From assembly GCA_964398345.1 (NCBI GenBank), contig CAYNNS010000004.1:1-29187 (forward strand): a stretch of 29,187 nucleotides of DNA. The letters run 5' to 3'. A program made the translations under genes and the position numbers. The notes beneath the pieces were generated by a model. The model saw only the letters and a program-made list of their open reading frames with translations. It was not told where the DNA came from and did not search any database. The first letter of the stretch is position 1; each line of letters begins with the position of its first letter. The stretch is from an uncultured Gemmatimonas sp. (GTDB lineage: Bacteria; Gemmatimonadota; Gemmatimonadetes; Gemmatimonadales; GWC2-71-9). Positions 8,423-17,347 of the stretch are shown piece after piece.

Positions 8423-8971
8423 ATGCTCCACATCGCGCTGATTGAGCCGAAGATCCCGCCGAACACCGGCAACATCGCCCGGCTCTGTGCGGCCACCGAC
8501 AGCAGTCTGCATCTGATCGAGCCGCTGGGATTCACGGTGGACGACGCGGCGCTCAAGCGTGCGGGTCTCGATTACTGGGATTCCGTGGACCTCTGGGTAC
8601 ATCCGGGCTGGCGCGCGTTCCGCGAGGCCATGAGCCGGGAGCGCTGCCTCTATTTCTCCGCGAAAGCCGAGAGACCCATCGCAGAAGCGAAGTTTCAGGC
8701 CAACAGCGTGCTGATCTTCGGGAACGAGACCGACGGCATGCCCGACCGGATCCTGGAGAAGTATCCCGAGCGCTGCTACACGATTCCGATGCAAAGCGGC
8801 AAGGTGCGCAGCCTCAACCTCGCAACGGCGGCGGGGATCGTGTTGTACGAGGCGCTGCGGCAGCTCGGTCACGAGGAAGCCGCCCGGACCGCCGCCAGTT
8901 TAACCGAGGATGAGAAACCCGTGGTTAAACGCGCTGGCCGGCGAGGGTCACCGCGCCGGAGACCGAGATAG
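8423..8971 (+). CDS. trmL: tRNA (cytidine(34)-2'-O)-methyltransferase, SpoU family
   Basis: Motifs EPKIPPNTGNIARLCAAT, KRAGLDYW, LIFGNETDG and RSLNLATAAGIVLYEALRQ, plus a basic C-terminal extension. Confidence 0.92.
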   Translation: MLHIALIEPKIPPNTGNIARLCAATDSSLHLIEPLGFTVDDAALKRAGLDYWDSVDLWVHPGWRAFREAMSRERCLYFSAKAERPIAEAKFQANSVLIFGNETDGMPDRILEKYPERCYTIPMQSGKVRSLNLATAAGIVLYEALRQLGHEEAARTAASLTEDEKPVVKRAGRRGSPRRRPR

Positions 8972-8973
8972 CC

Positions 8974-10977
8974 TTACCGCGCCACCCGTACCGGAGTGAA
9001 GCGAGCCGCGTTCGTTCCGTCGCCCAGCTGGCCATAGGCGCCCAGGCCCCAGCACCAGATCGCCCCCAATGCTGTAAGCCCACAGGAGTGCTCCGACCCA
9101 ACGGAGATGGCGACGAAACTCACTCCGGCCGGCATGGACACGGCCACGGGCGCGGGTCGATCGGTGGCGGTTCCATCACCCAGCGCTCCGGTTCCGTTGT
9201 AACCCCAGCACCACGCCGCCCCGGCCGTGGTGAGTGCGCAGGTGTGATCGACTCCGGTGGCGAAGGTGACAAAGGTCACTCCCGCCGGCATCGACACGAG
9301 AACTGGGGTGGGTCGGGGTGTGCTCGTCCCGTCGCCCGTCAGCCCGCCCGCGCCCCAGCAATACATCACCTGAGTAAAGGTCATGCCGCAGCCGGCCACA
9401 CCGGTCTGCACCGAGGCGAAGCTGACGCCGGCCGGGGCAGACACCGGCGACGGCACATTCCGCTGCGTGGTGGTGCCGTCTCCAATCTCATTGTTGAGGT
9501 TGATGCCCCAGCAATAAGCGACCCCGGTGGCTGTGGTTGCGCAGGCGGTTTGGAACCCCGCGAATAGGGTAGAAAAGAAAACACCGGCCGGCGGAGTGAC
9601 CGCCGTCGGAAGCGCATGGTTGGTATGGAGCCCGTCGCCGAGCGTCCCGACGACGCCGTTACCCCAGCAGTAGCCCGTGCCGGTGCTCTCCAGCCCGCAG
9701 GTGAAAGTGCCGCCCGCGCTGATCGAGGTGAACGTCACTCCGAGGGGAGGAGTAACCAGGGTTGCCGTCAGCCGGTTGACCGAGCCTCCGTCGCCGATCG
9801 CGCCGCCTGCGCCATATCCCCAGCAATACGCAGAGCCACCCACAGCCAGGGCGCAATTGGTCACCGTTGTCACCGCATCGCGCTGGTTCTGGCTCACCGC
9901 GATGAAGCGCACTCCCGCGGGGGCGACTACGCGGGTAGGGACAGACCGGTTCGTCGTGGTTCCGTCGCCCAGCTGCCCGTTGTTGTTCTGCCCCCAGCAA
10001 TAGAGGGCGTTGGACGCGGTCACCCCGCACGTCGTGGCGTTGCCGACTCCAACTGAGACGAAGTTGAGGAAGGTCGTAAAGGCGCTGCTGGTTGCCGAGG
10101 TGAGCCCTGTAGCGGAGGCGACCAGCGTATACCCAAATCCGGCCTGGCTGAGGGTGAGGCCGGCGAAGTTTGCGACCCCGCCCACGGCATTGACGGAGAT
10201 GGTGCCCCCCAGGACGCCGGCTCCGGGATTGGTGCCGATGGCGAGGTTCACGGTATTGCGCGCACCGACCACGAGGGCACCGTTGGCGTCGCGGATCTCG
10301 ACCTGCACGGAGTTCGGGAAGTTGAGGCCTTCGGTCGCTCCGGTTGGCTGCACCGTAAAAGCAAGCTGAGTTGCGACCTGAGTAACGGTAAGCAGGGTAC
10401 TCCCCGGGACGCCGAGTGCAGCCGCCGTGACCGTGGTGGTCCCTGGGGCCTTTGCCGTCGCCTTGCCAGTGGCATCGACCGTTGCGACGGAAGGATCCGA
10501 GGAGATCCACAGAAACCCGACTCCGTTGACCACGGCGCCGGCCGCATCCTTGGCCACGGCCGTGAATTGCTGATTGGCGCCGATGGCGGTGAGCGTCGGC
10601 GTCCCCGGCGTCACCTCCACCGTGCTCACCTGCTGAGCGACGAGGATCGAGGCTTGCCCGGTCTTGCCATCGACACTCGCCGAGATCGTCGCCTCGCCCT
10701 GCGCGACCGCCGTGACCAGCCCGGTGCCTGGATCGACGCTGGCGACCGCCATGGCTGAGGATTGCCACGCGAAGGTCTTTCCGTTGATGACGTTGCCCGC
10801 CGCGTTCCGGGCCTGTGCCGTGAGCTGGCGGGTGCGGCCGATGGCGAGCAGCGTGTCACGGCCAGGGGTAATGAGAATCGAAGCGACGACCTGTGAGCTC
10901 GGCCCTGTCGTCGATCCGCCGCTACCGCAGGCGACGAGTACGGCGAGGGTCACGGAGGCGAGTGCGCGACGTTGCAT
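8974..10977 (-). CDS. Lipoprotein with Ig-like (Big_2-type) domains and a C-terminal RCC1/BLIP-II-like repeat propeller
   Basis: Signal peptide with lipobox [16 protein letters not shown]|C. Two repeats of the type WxSS...VAxVD.tG..TA..G..TI.A, a third Ig-like domain, then seven C-x7-8-CWG...GDG repeats. Start placed at ATG 10977. Confidence 0.85.
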   Translation of the reverse strand: MQRRALASVTLAVLVACGSGGSTTGPSSQVVASILITPGRDTLLAIGRTRQLTAQARNAAGNVINGKTFAWQSSAMAVASVDPGTGLVTAVAQGEATISASVDGKTGQASILVAQQVSTVEVTPGTPTLTAIGANQQFTAVAKDAAGAVVNGVGFLWISSDPSVATVDATGKATAKAPGTTTVTAAALGVPGSTLLTVTQVATQLAFTVQPTGATEGLNFPNSVQVEIRDANGALVVGARNTVNLAIGTNPGAGVLGGTISVNAVGGVANFAGLTLSQAGFGYTLVASATGLTSATSSAFTTFLNFVSVGVGNATTCGVTASNALYCWGQNNNGQLGDGTTTNRSVPTRVVAPAGVRFIAVSQNQRDAVTTVTNCALAVGGSAYCWGYGAGGAIGDGGSVNRLTATLVTPPLGVTFTSISAGGTFTCGLESTGTGYCWGNGVVGTLGDGLHTNHALPTAVTPPAGVFFSTLFAGFQTACATTATGVAYCWGINLNNEIGDGTTTQRNVPSPVSAPAGVSFASVQTGVAGCGMTFTQVMYCWGAGGLTGDGTSTPRPTPVLVSMPAGVTFVTFATGVDHTCALTTAGAAWCWGYNGTGALGDGTATDRPAPVAVSMPAGVSFVAISVGSEHSCGLTALGAIWCWGLGAYGQLGDGTNAARFTPVRVAR
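8977..10063 (-). repeat. Seven ~52-aa RCC1-like protein repeats
   Basis: Seven occurrences of (Y/W)CWG each followed by GDG; six are followed by a P(A/L)GV linker. Confidence 0.85.
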
Positions 10978-11070
10978 GGGACGCTTCGCGTTCGGGAGGT
11001 GAGGAAGCAGTAGCAAGCGGACCGAATGGAAGCAAGAGTCTCCGATGTTGGTGCACGCAGAGAACTGCGG

Positions 11071-11098
11071 TTGCTGTTCACAGGAGCCGCGCTAGATT
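11071..11098 (+). promoter_or_regulatory. Candidate sigma70-type promoter for mdh, probably leaderless
   Basis: TTGCTG (11071-11076), 16 bp spacer, TAGATT (11093-11098). The mdh ATG follows 7 nt later with no adjacent SD. Confidence 0.5.
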
Positions 11099-11105
11099 CG
11101 GCCCC

Positions 11106-12035
11106 ATGCTCAACAAGATCACCGTGGTGGGCGCCGGCAACGTCGGTGCATCGGCGGCCGTACGTCTCGCCGAGAAGAGCCTGGCGCGCAGCGTCGTCAT
11201 GGTAGACGTGGTCGAAGGCGTGCCTCAGGGCAAAGGCCTCGACCAGTGGCAGTCCGGACCGATCGAGGGCTACGACACCCGGGTCATCGGCGCGAACGAT
11301 TACAGCGCCGCTCAGGGCTCGGAGCTCTTCGTGGTGACGGCGGGGATCGCGCGCAAACCCGGTATGAGCCGCGACGATCTGGTCAAGACCAACGCCGGCA
11401 TCGTGCAGGCGGTGGGGAAGGAGATCGCGCGGGTCGCGCCACAGTCGATCATCATCGTGGTCTCCAACCCGCTCGACGTGATGTGCTACGTCGCGCTCAA
11501 GGCGAGCGGCTTTCCGCGCGAGCGCGTGCTCGGCATGGCGGGCGTGCTCGACACGGCGCGCTATCGCATGTTCCTCGCGGAAGCGCTCGACGTATCGGTC
11601 GAGGATATCCAGGCTATGGTGCTTGGCGGCCACGGCGACACCATGGTGCCACTGGTGTCGTACACGACGGTCTCCGGCATTCCCGTCACCCAGCTGCTCG
11701 CCAGGGACAAGCTCGACGCGATCGTCGCGCGGACCCGGAACGGCGGCGCCGAGATCGTGGCGCACCTCAAGACCGGGTCGGCGTACTACGCGCCGAGCGC
11801 GGCGTCGGTGCAGATGGTGGAGGCGATCGTTCTCGACAAGAAGCGGGTGCTGCCCTGCGCCGCCTGGCTGCAGGGGGAGTACGGGTTGCGCGACCTCTTC
11901 TGCGGCGTGCCCTGCAAGCTGGGCCGCCGCGGCCTTGAGCAGATCCTCCAGGTCGAGCTCACCGCCCAGGAGCAGGCCGAGCTCAAAGCCTCGGCGGAGT
12001 CGGTCCGGAGCGTGCAGGCCGGACTGGCGCTCTGA
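11106..12035 (+). CDS. mdh: Malate dehydrogenase (LDH-like MDH)
   Basis: Motifs [44 protein letters not shown] and GSAYYAP. Start placed at ATG 11106. Confidence 0.96.
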   Translation: MLNKITVVGAGNVGASAAVRLAEKSLARSVVMVDVVEGVPQGKGLDQWQSGPIEGYDTRVIGANDYSAAQGSELFVVTAGIARKPGMSRDDLVKTNAGIVQAVGKEIARVAPQSIIIVVSNPLDVMCYVALKASGFPRERVLGMAGVLDTARYRMFLAEALDVSVEDIQAMVLGGHGDTMVPLVSYTTVSGIPVTQLLARDKLDAIVARTRNGGAEIVAHLKTGSAYYAPSAASVQMVEAIVLDKKRVLPCAAWLQGEYGLRDLFCGVPCKLGRRGLEQILQVELTAQEQAELKASAESVRSVQAGLAL

Positions 12036-12062
12036 GCGGCAGCGGGCTACCGGGTTAGGTTC

Positions 12063-13958
12063 GTGAGCGTCCATCCCCCGCGTCCCCGCCTCGTGGTGCG
12101 GGTGGGGGTCACCGGACATCGCTGGAACAAGCTGCGACACGAAGACGCCGACGCCATCCGGCAACAGTGCCGGGCGGCCCTCGGCGCGATCAGCGACATC
12201 GCCGCCGCGATCGCGACGGAGCCGCACTCCGGGTATCGGGATCCGACCGAAATGCCGGCCGAGCTGCGGCTGGTGTCCGCCCTGGCCGAAGGGGCGGACC
12301 GCCTGCTGGTAGAGGCGGGCCCGACCCACGCGACGCTGCAGGCGATTCTCCCCTTTGCTGCGGACGTGTACCAGCGGGACTTCACCGAGCCCGACTCGCG
12401 CCGCGCGCTGGACCGGTATCTCGAGCGCGCCAGGCGGGAAGCGGGCGTCGTGGTGCTGGATGGCAAGCGCGACGCGACCAACGCGTTCGAGCCGAGCGGC
12501 ACGGCGGTGTGCCTCAATTCGGATGTGCTGATCGCGATCTGGGACGGCCAGGCCGGGCAACCCGGCGGCACCGGTGACGTGGTGGACCTCGCGGGACGGG
12601 TGGGCATTCCGGTGCTGCGGATCGCGCCGAGCGGGGCGGAGCCGCCCTGGCTGGAGCAGCCGGAGCTCGCCGATCGCGGGAAGGGAAGCGGGTTAGGCGC
12701 GCTGGCGGAACGGCTGCGCCGGCTCTACCTCCCGCCGGCCCCGCCGGCCGACGCCGACCGCGAGGAGCTGCACGAGTGGCACCGCCTCGATCTCCGGGAG
12801 CGCTACTTCGCGGAGCACCATCGCGGCTGGCAGCGGGGGCGGTTCTACAACTTTCTGCTACGGCTGCTCGCCTTTAGCTGGCGCGATCGCGCCGCGTGGT
12901 GGCGGACGCTGCGGCAGGGCGAGGGCCCGCGGCCGCGTCGCGCCCCGCCGCATTACGGCGATGCGGTGCGAAAGCGCTGGACCCGGAAATGGAAGCAGGA
13001 GCTCGGCCTTTCGGGCGAGTGCGTGGACTGGATGCTGGAGTCCTCGCTGCCGGATCACTACGGCTGGACCAGCTACCTCGCCAGCTACTACGCCGGGCGC
13101 TACCGCAACACCTATCTCTGGGCTTATCTGCTCTCCTGGATCGCGGTGGGATTCGGTGCGGCGGGGGGCCTGGCGACGACGTCGCTGCTGCTCTGGGTGC
13201 CGTACTCGAGCGTGGTGACCGCAGCAGTGGAGACCGGCATCCTGGTCGCCATCTTCTATCTCATCGCGCGGGCGCGGCACGGCAAGTTCCACGAGCGCTG
13301 GCTGGCGTACCGCTCGCTGACGGAGGGCTTGCGGTCGCTCACCTATACCTTGCCGCTGGCGCGGGCATCGACGCTCGACGCCCGCAAGGCGCGCGAGTCC
13401 GAGCACTGGGGCGACTGGCTGCACCGCGCGGTGGTACGCGAGCTGGGACAGCCGCCGGCGGTGATGTCGGCGACGCACCTCGCCGAGGCGCGCACCCTGC
13501 TGGTGGAGGAGGTGTTGCGCGAGCAGATCGCCTATCACACCCAGAACGCCGCGACGTTGGCGCGGGTGGACCGGCTGCTGCATCGCGCCACCGAGGTGCT
13601 GTTTTTCGTGGCGGTGGCGATCGGATTGAACCACCTGTACGAGGCGATGCAGCTGCTGCGCAGCAAGGCGGGTCTCCAGCTGGAGATTCTCACCATCGCG
13701 TTAGGCGTCGTGGCGATCTCCATTCCCGCCGCTGCCGCGGCGATTCACGGGTTCCTGAGCCAGGGGGAATTCGAGCCGAGCGCGGACCGTTCGCGGAAGA
13801 CGCGGCGGGAGCTGATGCGGCTGGAAAAGCGTGCGCTCGATGCGCCGCTCACCAGTGCGGCGCTTGGCGAGGTCGCGTCGGAGACCGCGCAGGCGATGCA
13901 CAGTGAGCTGGGGGCCTGGTTCGCGGCCTACAACACCAAGGGACTCAAATACCCCTAG
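12063..13958 (+). CDS. SLOG-domain protein fused to two SLATT/DUF4231-like 2-TM modules (candidate nucleotide-sensing membrane effector)
   Basis: N-terminal Rossmannoid SLOG motifs VGVTGHR, VSALAEGADRL, ILPF, SDVLIAIWDG...GGTGDVV..A...GIPV. Then two hydrophobic hairpins (~13110-13275 and ~13590-13760) followed by ERWLAYRSLTEGLR and EFEPSADRS motifs. Confidence 0.72.
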   Translation: MSVHPPRPRLVVRVGVTGHRWNKLRHEDADAIRQQCRAALGAISDIAAAIATEPHSGYRDPTEMPAELRLVSALAEGADRLLVEAGPTHATLQAILPFAADVYQRDFTEPDSRRALDRYLERARREAGVVVLDGKRDATNAFEPSGTAVCLNSDVLIAIWDGQAGQPGGTGDVVDLAGRVGIPVLRIAPSGAEPPWLEQPELADRGKGSGLGALAERLRRLYLPPAPPADADREELHEWHRLDLRERYFAEHHRGWQRGRFYNFLLRLLAFSWRDRAAWWRTLRQGEGPRPRRAPPHYGDAVRKRWTRKWKQELGLSGECVDWMLESSLPDHYGWTSYLASYYAGRYRNTYLWAYLLSWIAVGFGAAGGLATTSLLLWVPYSSVVTAAVETGILVAIFYLIARARHGKFHERWLAYRSLTEGLRSLTYTLPLARASTLDARKARESEHWGDWLHRAVVRELGQPPAVMSATHLAEARTLLVEEVLREQIAYHTQNAATLARVDRLLHRATEVLFFVAVAIGLNHLYEAMQLLRSKAGLQLEILTIALGVVAISIPAAAAAIHGFLSQGEFEPSADRSRKTRRELMRLEKRALDAPLTSAALGEVASETAQAMHSELGAWFAAYNTKGLKYP

Positions 13959-16829
13959 TTACAGCCCCGCCTTCTGTTTGGCTCTGAGATAGCGCTCGTG
14001 GAACTGGGGATCGGCGCGGCGCCACGCGGATTCGACAGCGCGCCAGTGGGCCTTCGCGCTGTCGGATTGGCTCGCCTGTTCGAAGGCCTGGGCCATCGCT
14101 TCGTGGAGCTCCGTACGGCTGGTGTAGGTGTTGCTGCCGTCGACGCCGCCGCGGATGGCGGGGCGTAACACGGCGATGGCTTCCGCCGGGCGATGGAGCT
14201 CGAGCAGGCTCCGCGCCATCATGAGATTGGTGCGGGTGTAGCCATCGGTCAGCGAGAAGAGCGAGCGCCGGAAGGCATCGACCGCGTCGGCGTGACGGCC
14301 CTGGCTCTGGAGCAGGAGTCCCCGCAGGAAGTAGTGGAGCTTGGCGTCGCGCCCGAAGTGGCTGGTCTGGCCAAGCACTTCGAGTGAATCGGCGAGTCGC
14401 CGGACGACCGCGGAGTCGCCGGTGGCGGCATACACCGTCCCGGCGAGCGTGAGATACCAGATCATGTAGCGGTTCCGCACGCCGGGAGGCGTCTTCGAAT
14501 GGATGGTCCGTTCGAAGTCGTGACGGAAGGTGCGGATCGACACCTCCGGATGCCCTCGCTCGAACCCGATCATGAAGGCATCGTCGGGTTGGTCGGCCGG
14601 AACGCCACCTCGGGCGAGGATGTCTTCGCGCGACCGCTGGCGTACGCTGTCCGCCTCGCGCAGCCGACCCTGGTCGCGAAGACTCAATTGCAGCAGCCAC
14701 CACGCTTCGCCCTGGTTCTCCCGAATTGAGCTGCGCGCATTGTCCCGCAGCCTCCGATCCACCTCCTCGTAGCGCCCCCAGCGTATGGCATCGCGGAAGA
14801 GCATCGGCGCGTGGGAAACATCCGAGGTGTCCGGATCGAGCGCGGCTTCGATGCGAGCGGCTTCCTGAAAGCGTCCCTGGCGCAACAGCGGCTCGATGAG
14901 GTTGGACCGGCTGGACGCTTCCGGCCGCAACGCACTGAGGCGCCTGGCGGTCCGCTCCGCGGCGGCTGCCGAGTCCCACCAGAGGTATTGCTGCGCCATT
15001 CCTCCTAAGGCGCTGCACACGCGGCAATAGGGACCGTGCAGCGTACCGGCAGCCGAATCGAGCTCGACCGCGCGCTGGTACGCGGCGACGGCCTCCGCCC
15101 AGTTTCCCGCGTACCATTGGACGTTGCCGAGCAGGAGATGGCCCTCGGGGTCGCCGGGATATTTGACCGTCAGGGTTTCGGCGATGGCGAGGGAGCGGCG
15201 GAGCGGGGCATCTACCTCAGCGATGGAACCGAGGATGAGCAGGCGCTCGCGCTCGGTAGTCCGCGCCGCGAGCCGTTGCGCACGGGACTGCTCCTCGGCC
15301 TGCGTGGAATCGTTGGCGAAGGAGCGGCCCAGCTGCCAGACGTAAAACGCCGCCATGGCGAAGTTCGAGTCGCGCTCGAGTGCCGCTCGCATCAGGCGGT
15401 ACGCGGCCGGTGCGTCATAGCCGTAGAAGGCCCGCAAGCCTTCGTCGTAGAGGGCGTATGCGGCGGGTGACGCGGTGCGGATCTCGGTGGCGGCGAGTGT
15501 AGGAGGCGAACGCTGCAGGTCGCGCGCGATGGCCGCCGCCGCGCTATCCACCACGGCGAAACGATTGGTGGCGCGAACCACATAGCCTTTGCGTACGACT
15601 CCGCGCTGGAGCGTAACCCGCTGCAATGAGAGGACCAGACCGCCCGGCTCTGTGGCCAGGTTCCCCTCGATGACTTCGGTGGCGCCCGCCCGGCGAGCCG
15701 CGTCGTGGACAGCTCGGGGAATCGTGTCCGCACCGCGTGGCATGAGCTCCACCAGCCGGGAGTTCGCGACGACCGGGAGACCGTCGATGCCACCGAGACT
15801 CGTTGCCAGCAAGTCGCGCAGGATGGGACCGGTCCGGGCGCTGTCGCTCGAGCCTTCGACGCGAATCTCCCCCACGGCGAGAAAGAGGCCACCCTGGTCG
15901 GCACGACTTCCCAGCCTCCGCGCCACCAGCGCGACGGCTAGGAGCGAGAGCAAGGCCGCCGGAATCAGCCAGCGCTTCCAGTGCCGCTCCGGCTGAGCGG
16001 GACTCGCGGATACGATCGGCTGTGCTGGAGCGGGTTGAGCCGGGAACGGTGCGGGGGCTGACGACGCTGGCTTCAGCGACGGCGCCGACCTCAAGGTCTG
16101 CTCCAGCTTGAGGACCGCCGGATCCGGTTCGGTATCCAGCTCTCGCTGGACCGCCTCGCAATAGGCTCTTGCGCGTACCAGCGCGGCGGAACGATCTCCA
16201 GCATTCGCCAGCGACTGCATGTGACCCGCGGCGTAACGCGCGCACAAGGGGTCGAGGTCGCTCAGCTGCTGCCACCAGCGCAGCGCTTCCGCATGGTCGC
16301 CGGTTTCGTCGGACTGTCTGGCCAATCGCTCGATGGCGCGCAGAGCGACCTGGTGCAGCCGAGCTCGCTCATCCTCGACCCAACGCTCGAAGTCGGGCGC
16401 GGCGGGCAGGTAGAAGCCTTCGAGGAAGCGGCCGGTATAGAGCGTGGCAATCGCGTTGAGGTCTCCGGTTGCCGCAGCCTCCTGGAGCTCGCCGATGTCG
16501 CTGGGGATGGTCAGCCGGAGCTGGGTGGTGCCGGAGATGAGCTCGGTCCCGCCGTCTCGCCTCAGGCTATAGAGCGTCTGGGACAGGGTGTGCCGAGCCT
16601 GGTCCTCGCCGGTGTCGGGCCAGAGGATCCCGATCACCCGTTCCCTGGAAATGGCCTTCTTACCCGCTGCCGCTACCACCGCGAGCAGCGCAAGCTGTCT
16701 CGGTCCGAGTGACGGAGACGCCGCCAGTTCTTCGATCCACAACCCGCCGATAGTCTTGAGGCGCAAGAGCTTCCGAGCGCTTTGATAATCGTTTGATAGA
16801 GCCTGATCCGCCCCTGACGGGGGCGGCAT
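13959..16829 (-). CDS. SARP/AfsR-like transcriptional regulator: winged HTH + BTAD, TM helix, TolB-like domain and TPR repeats
   Basis: N-terminal LRLKTIGGL...LALLAVVA...ISRERVIGILWP...ARHTLSQTLYSLRR, then SDI..L...Y.G.FL.GF...A.DFERWVEDER.RL (BTAD), a Pro-rich linker, TM LIPAALLSLLAVALVA, and TPR-like helices (AYALYDEG; GHLLLG..W..AVAAYQRAVELD). The true start may be ATG 16829 or TTG 16766. Confidence 0.82.
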   Translation of the reverse strand: MPPPSGADQALSNDYQSARKLLRLKTIGGLWIEELAASPSLGPRQLALLAVVAAAGKKAISRERVIGILWPDTGEDQARHTLSQTLYSLRRDGGTELISGTTQLRLTIPSDIGELQEAAATGDLNAIATLYTGRFLEGFYLPAAPDFERWVEDERARLHQVALRAIERLARQSDETGDHAEALRWWQQLSDLDPLCARYAAGHMQSLANAGDRSAALVRARAYCEAVQRELDTEPDPAVLKLEQTLRSAPSLKPASSAPAPFPAQPAPAQPIVSASPAQPERHWKRWLIPAALLSLLAVALVARRLGSRADQGGLFLAVGEIRVEGSSDSARTGPILRDLLATSLGGIDGLPVVANSRLVELMPRGADTIPRAVHDAARRAGATEVIEGNLATEPGGLVLSLQRVTLQRGVVRKGYVVRATNRFAVVDSAAAAIARDLQRSPPTLAATEIRTASPAAYALYDEGLRAFYGYDAPAAYRLMRAALERDSNFAMAAFYVWQLGRSFANDSTQAEEQSRAQRLAARTTERERLLILGSIAEVDAPLRRSLAIAETLTVKYPGDPEGHLLLGNVQWYAGNWAEAVAAYQRAVELDSAAGTLHGPYCRVCSALGGMAQQYLWWDSAAAAERTARRLSALRPEASSRSNLIEPLLRQGRFQEAARIEAALDPDTSDVSHAPMLFRDAIRWGRYEEVDRRLRDNARSSIRENQGEAWWLLQLSLRDQGRLREADSVRQRSREDILARGGVPADQPDDAFMIGFERGHPEVSIRTFRHDFERTIHSKTPPGVRNRYMIWYLTLAGTVYAATGDSAVVRRLADSLEVLGQTSHFGRDAKLHYFLRGLLLQSQGRHADAVDAFRRSLFSLTDGYTRTNLMMARSLLELHRPAEAIAVLRPAIRGGVDGSNTYTSRTELHEAMAQAFEQASQSDSAKAHWRAVESAWRRADPQFHERYLRAKQKAGL
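16781..16798. promoter_or_regulatory. AT-rich heptamer direct repeat TTTGATA-N4-TTTGATA (11 bp period), candidate operator
   Basis: The exact repeat is seen at 16781-16787 and 16792-16798, in the 5' region of the SARP-like gene and ~85 bp upstream of the divergent operon. Confidence 0.45.
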
Positions 16830-16841
16830 AGCTTGCCCGCG

Positions 16842-16871
16842 ATTCTACGGACAGATGGCCCCATTCGGCAA
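16842..16871 (-). promoter_or_regulatory. Candidate sigma70-type promoter for the SARP/BTAD regulator
   Basis: On the minus strand: TTGCCG (16871-16866), 18 bp spacer, TAGAAT (16847-16842), 12 nt before ATG 16829. Confidence 0.5.
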
Positions 16872-16883
16872 GCGTGAGGGGAT

Positions 16884-17336
16884 ATGGGACGGTTGGCCTG
16901 GTTGGTGGTTGCCCTGGTGATGGGGCTTCGGGAAGCCCCCCGGCAGCGGCCGCTTCTGTGGCAGGCGGACCTCCAGGTGCGCAGCCTGACGGTGACCGAA
17001 GACAAGGGGAATCTGTCCGCTCGGGTGGTCGTGGCGACCGAGGTCGGTGAGGCGCTGGGGGCGCGGCTGGAAGTGTTGCTCCCGGTTGGAGTGGGGATCG
17101 TGAGCCTTGGGTCGGGCTGCGTTCCGGGGCCGAATCGCACCGGGATCCGGGAACTCAGGGCCCGGGTCGAGTGCACCCTGGGAGACATGCAGGCGGGGTC
17201 GAATCGCGAGGTCATCGTGGTGACGACGACGCCCCCCAGCGGGATCGCGAAGGGATTCGCCGTGGTCGTCATGAGCGAGACGCCCGATCCCAAGCCGAGC
17301 AACAACTTCGCAGAGCGGGTTATTCCACTTCCGTGA
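16884..17336 (+). CDS. Exported DUF11/CARDB-like Ig-fold protein
   Basis: SD GAGGGG and a hydrophobic N-terminus, then ADLQV...VECTLGDMQAG...V...SETPDPKPSNN, which matches the DUF11 pattern (ADL ... DP..SNN). Confidence 0.65.
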   Translation: MGRLAWLVVALVMGLREAPRQRPLLWQADLQVRSLTVTEDKGNLSARVVVATEVGEALGARLEVLLPVGVGIVSLGSGCVPGPNRTGIRELRARVECTLGDMQAGSNREVIVVTTTPPSGIAKGFAVVVMSETPDPKPSNNFAERVIPLP

Positions 17337-17347
17337 GGACATTCTCT

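Noticed and set aside
10950-12560. Long alternative-frame or antisense ORFs (e.g. 10950-12560 -, 7069-8172 +, 9659-10768 +, 2233-3306 -, 16845-17342 -)
   Set aside because: They overlap well-supported genes, are Arg/Ala/Pro-rich and carry no family motifs; these are typical shadow ORFs of high-GC DNA.
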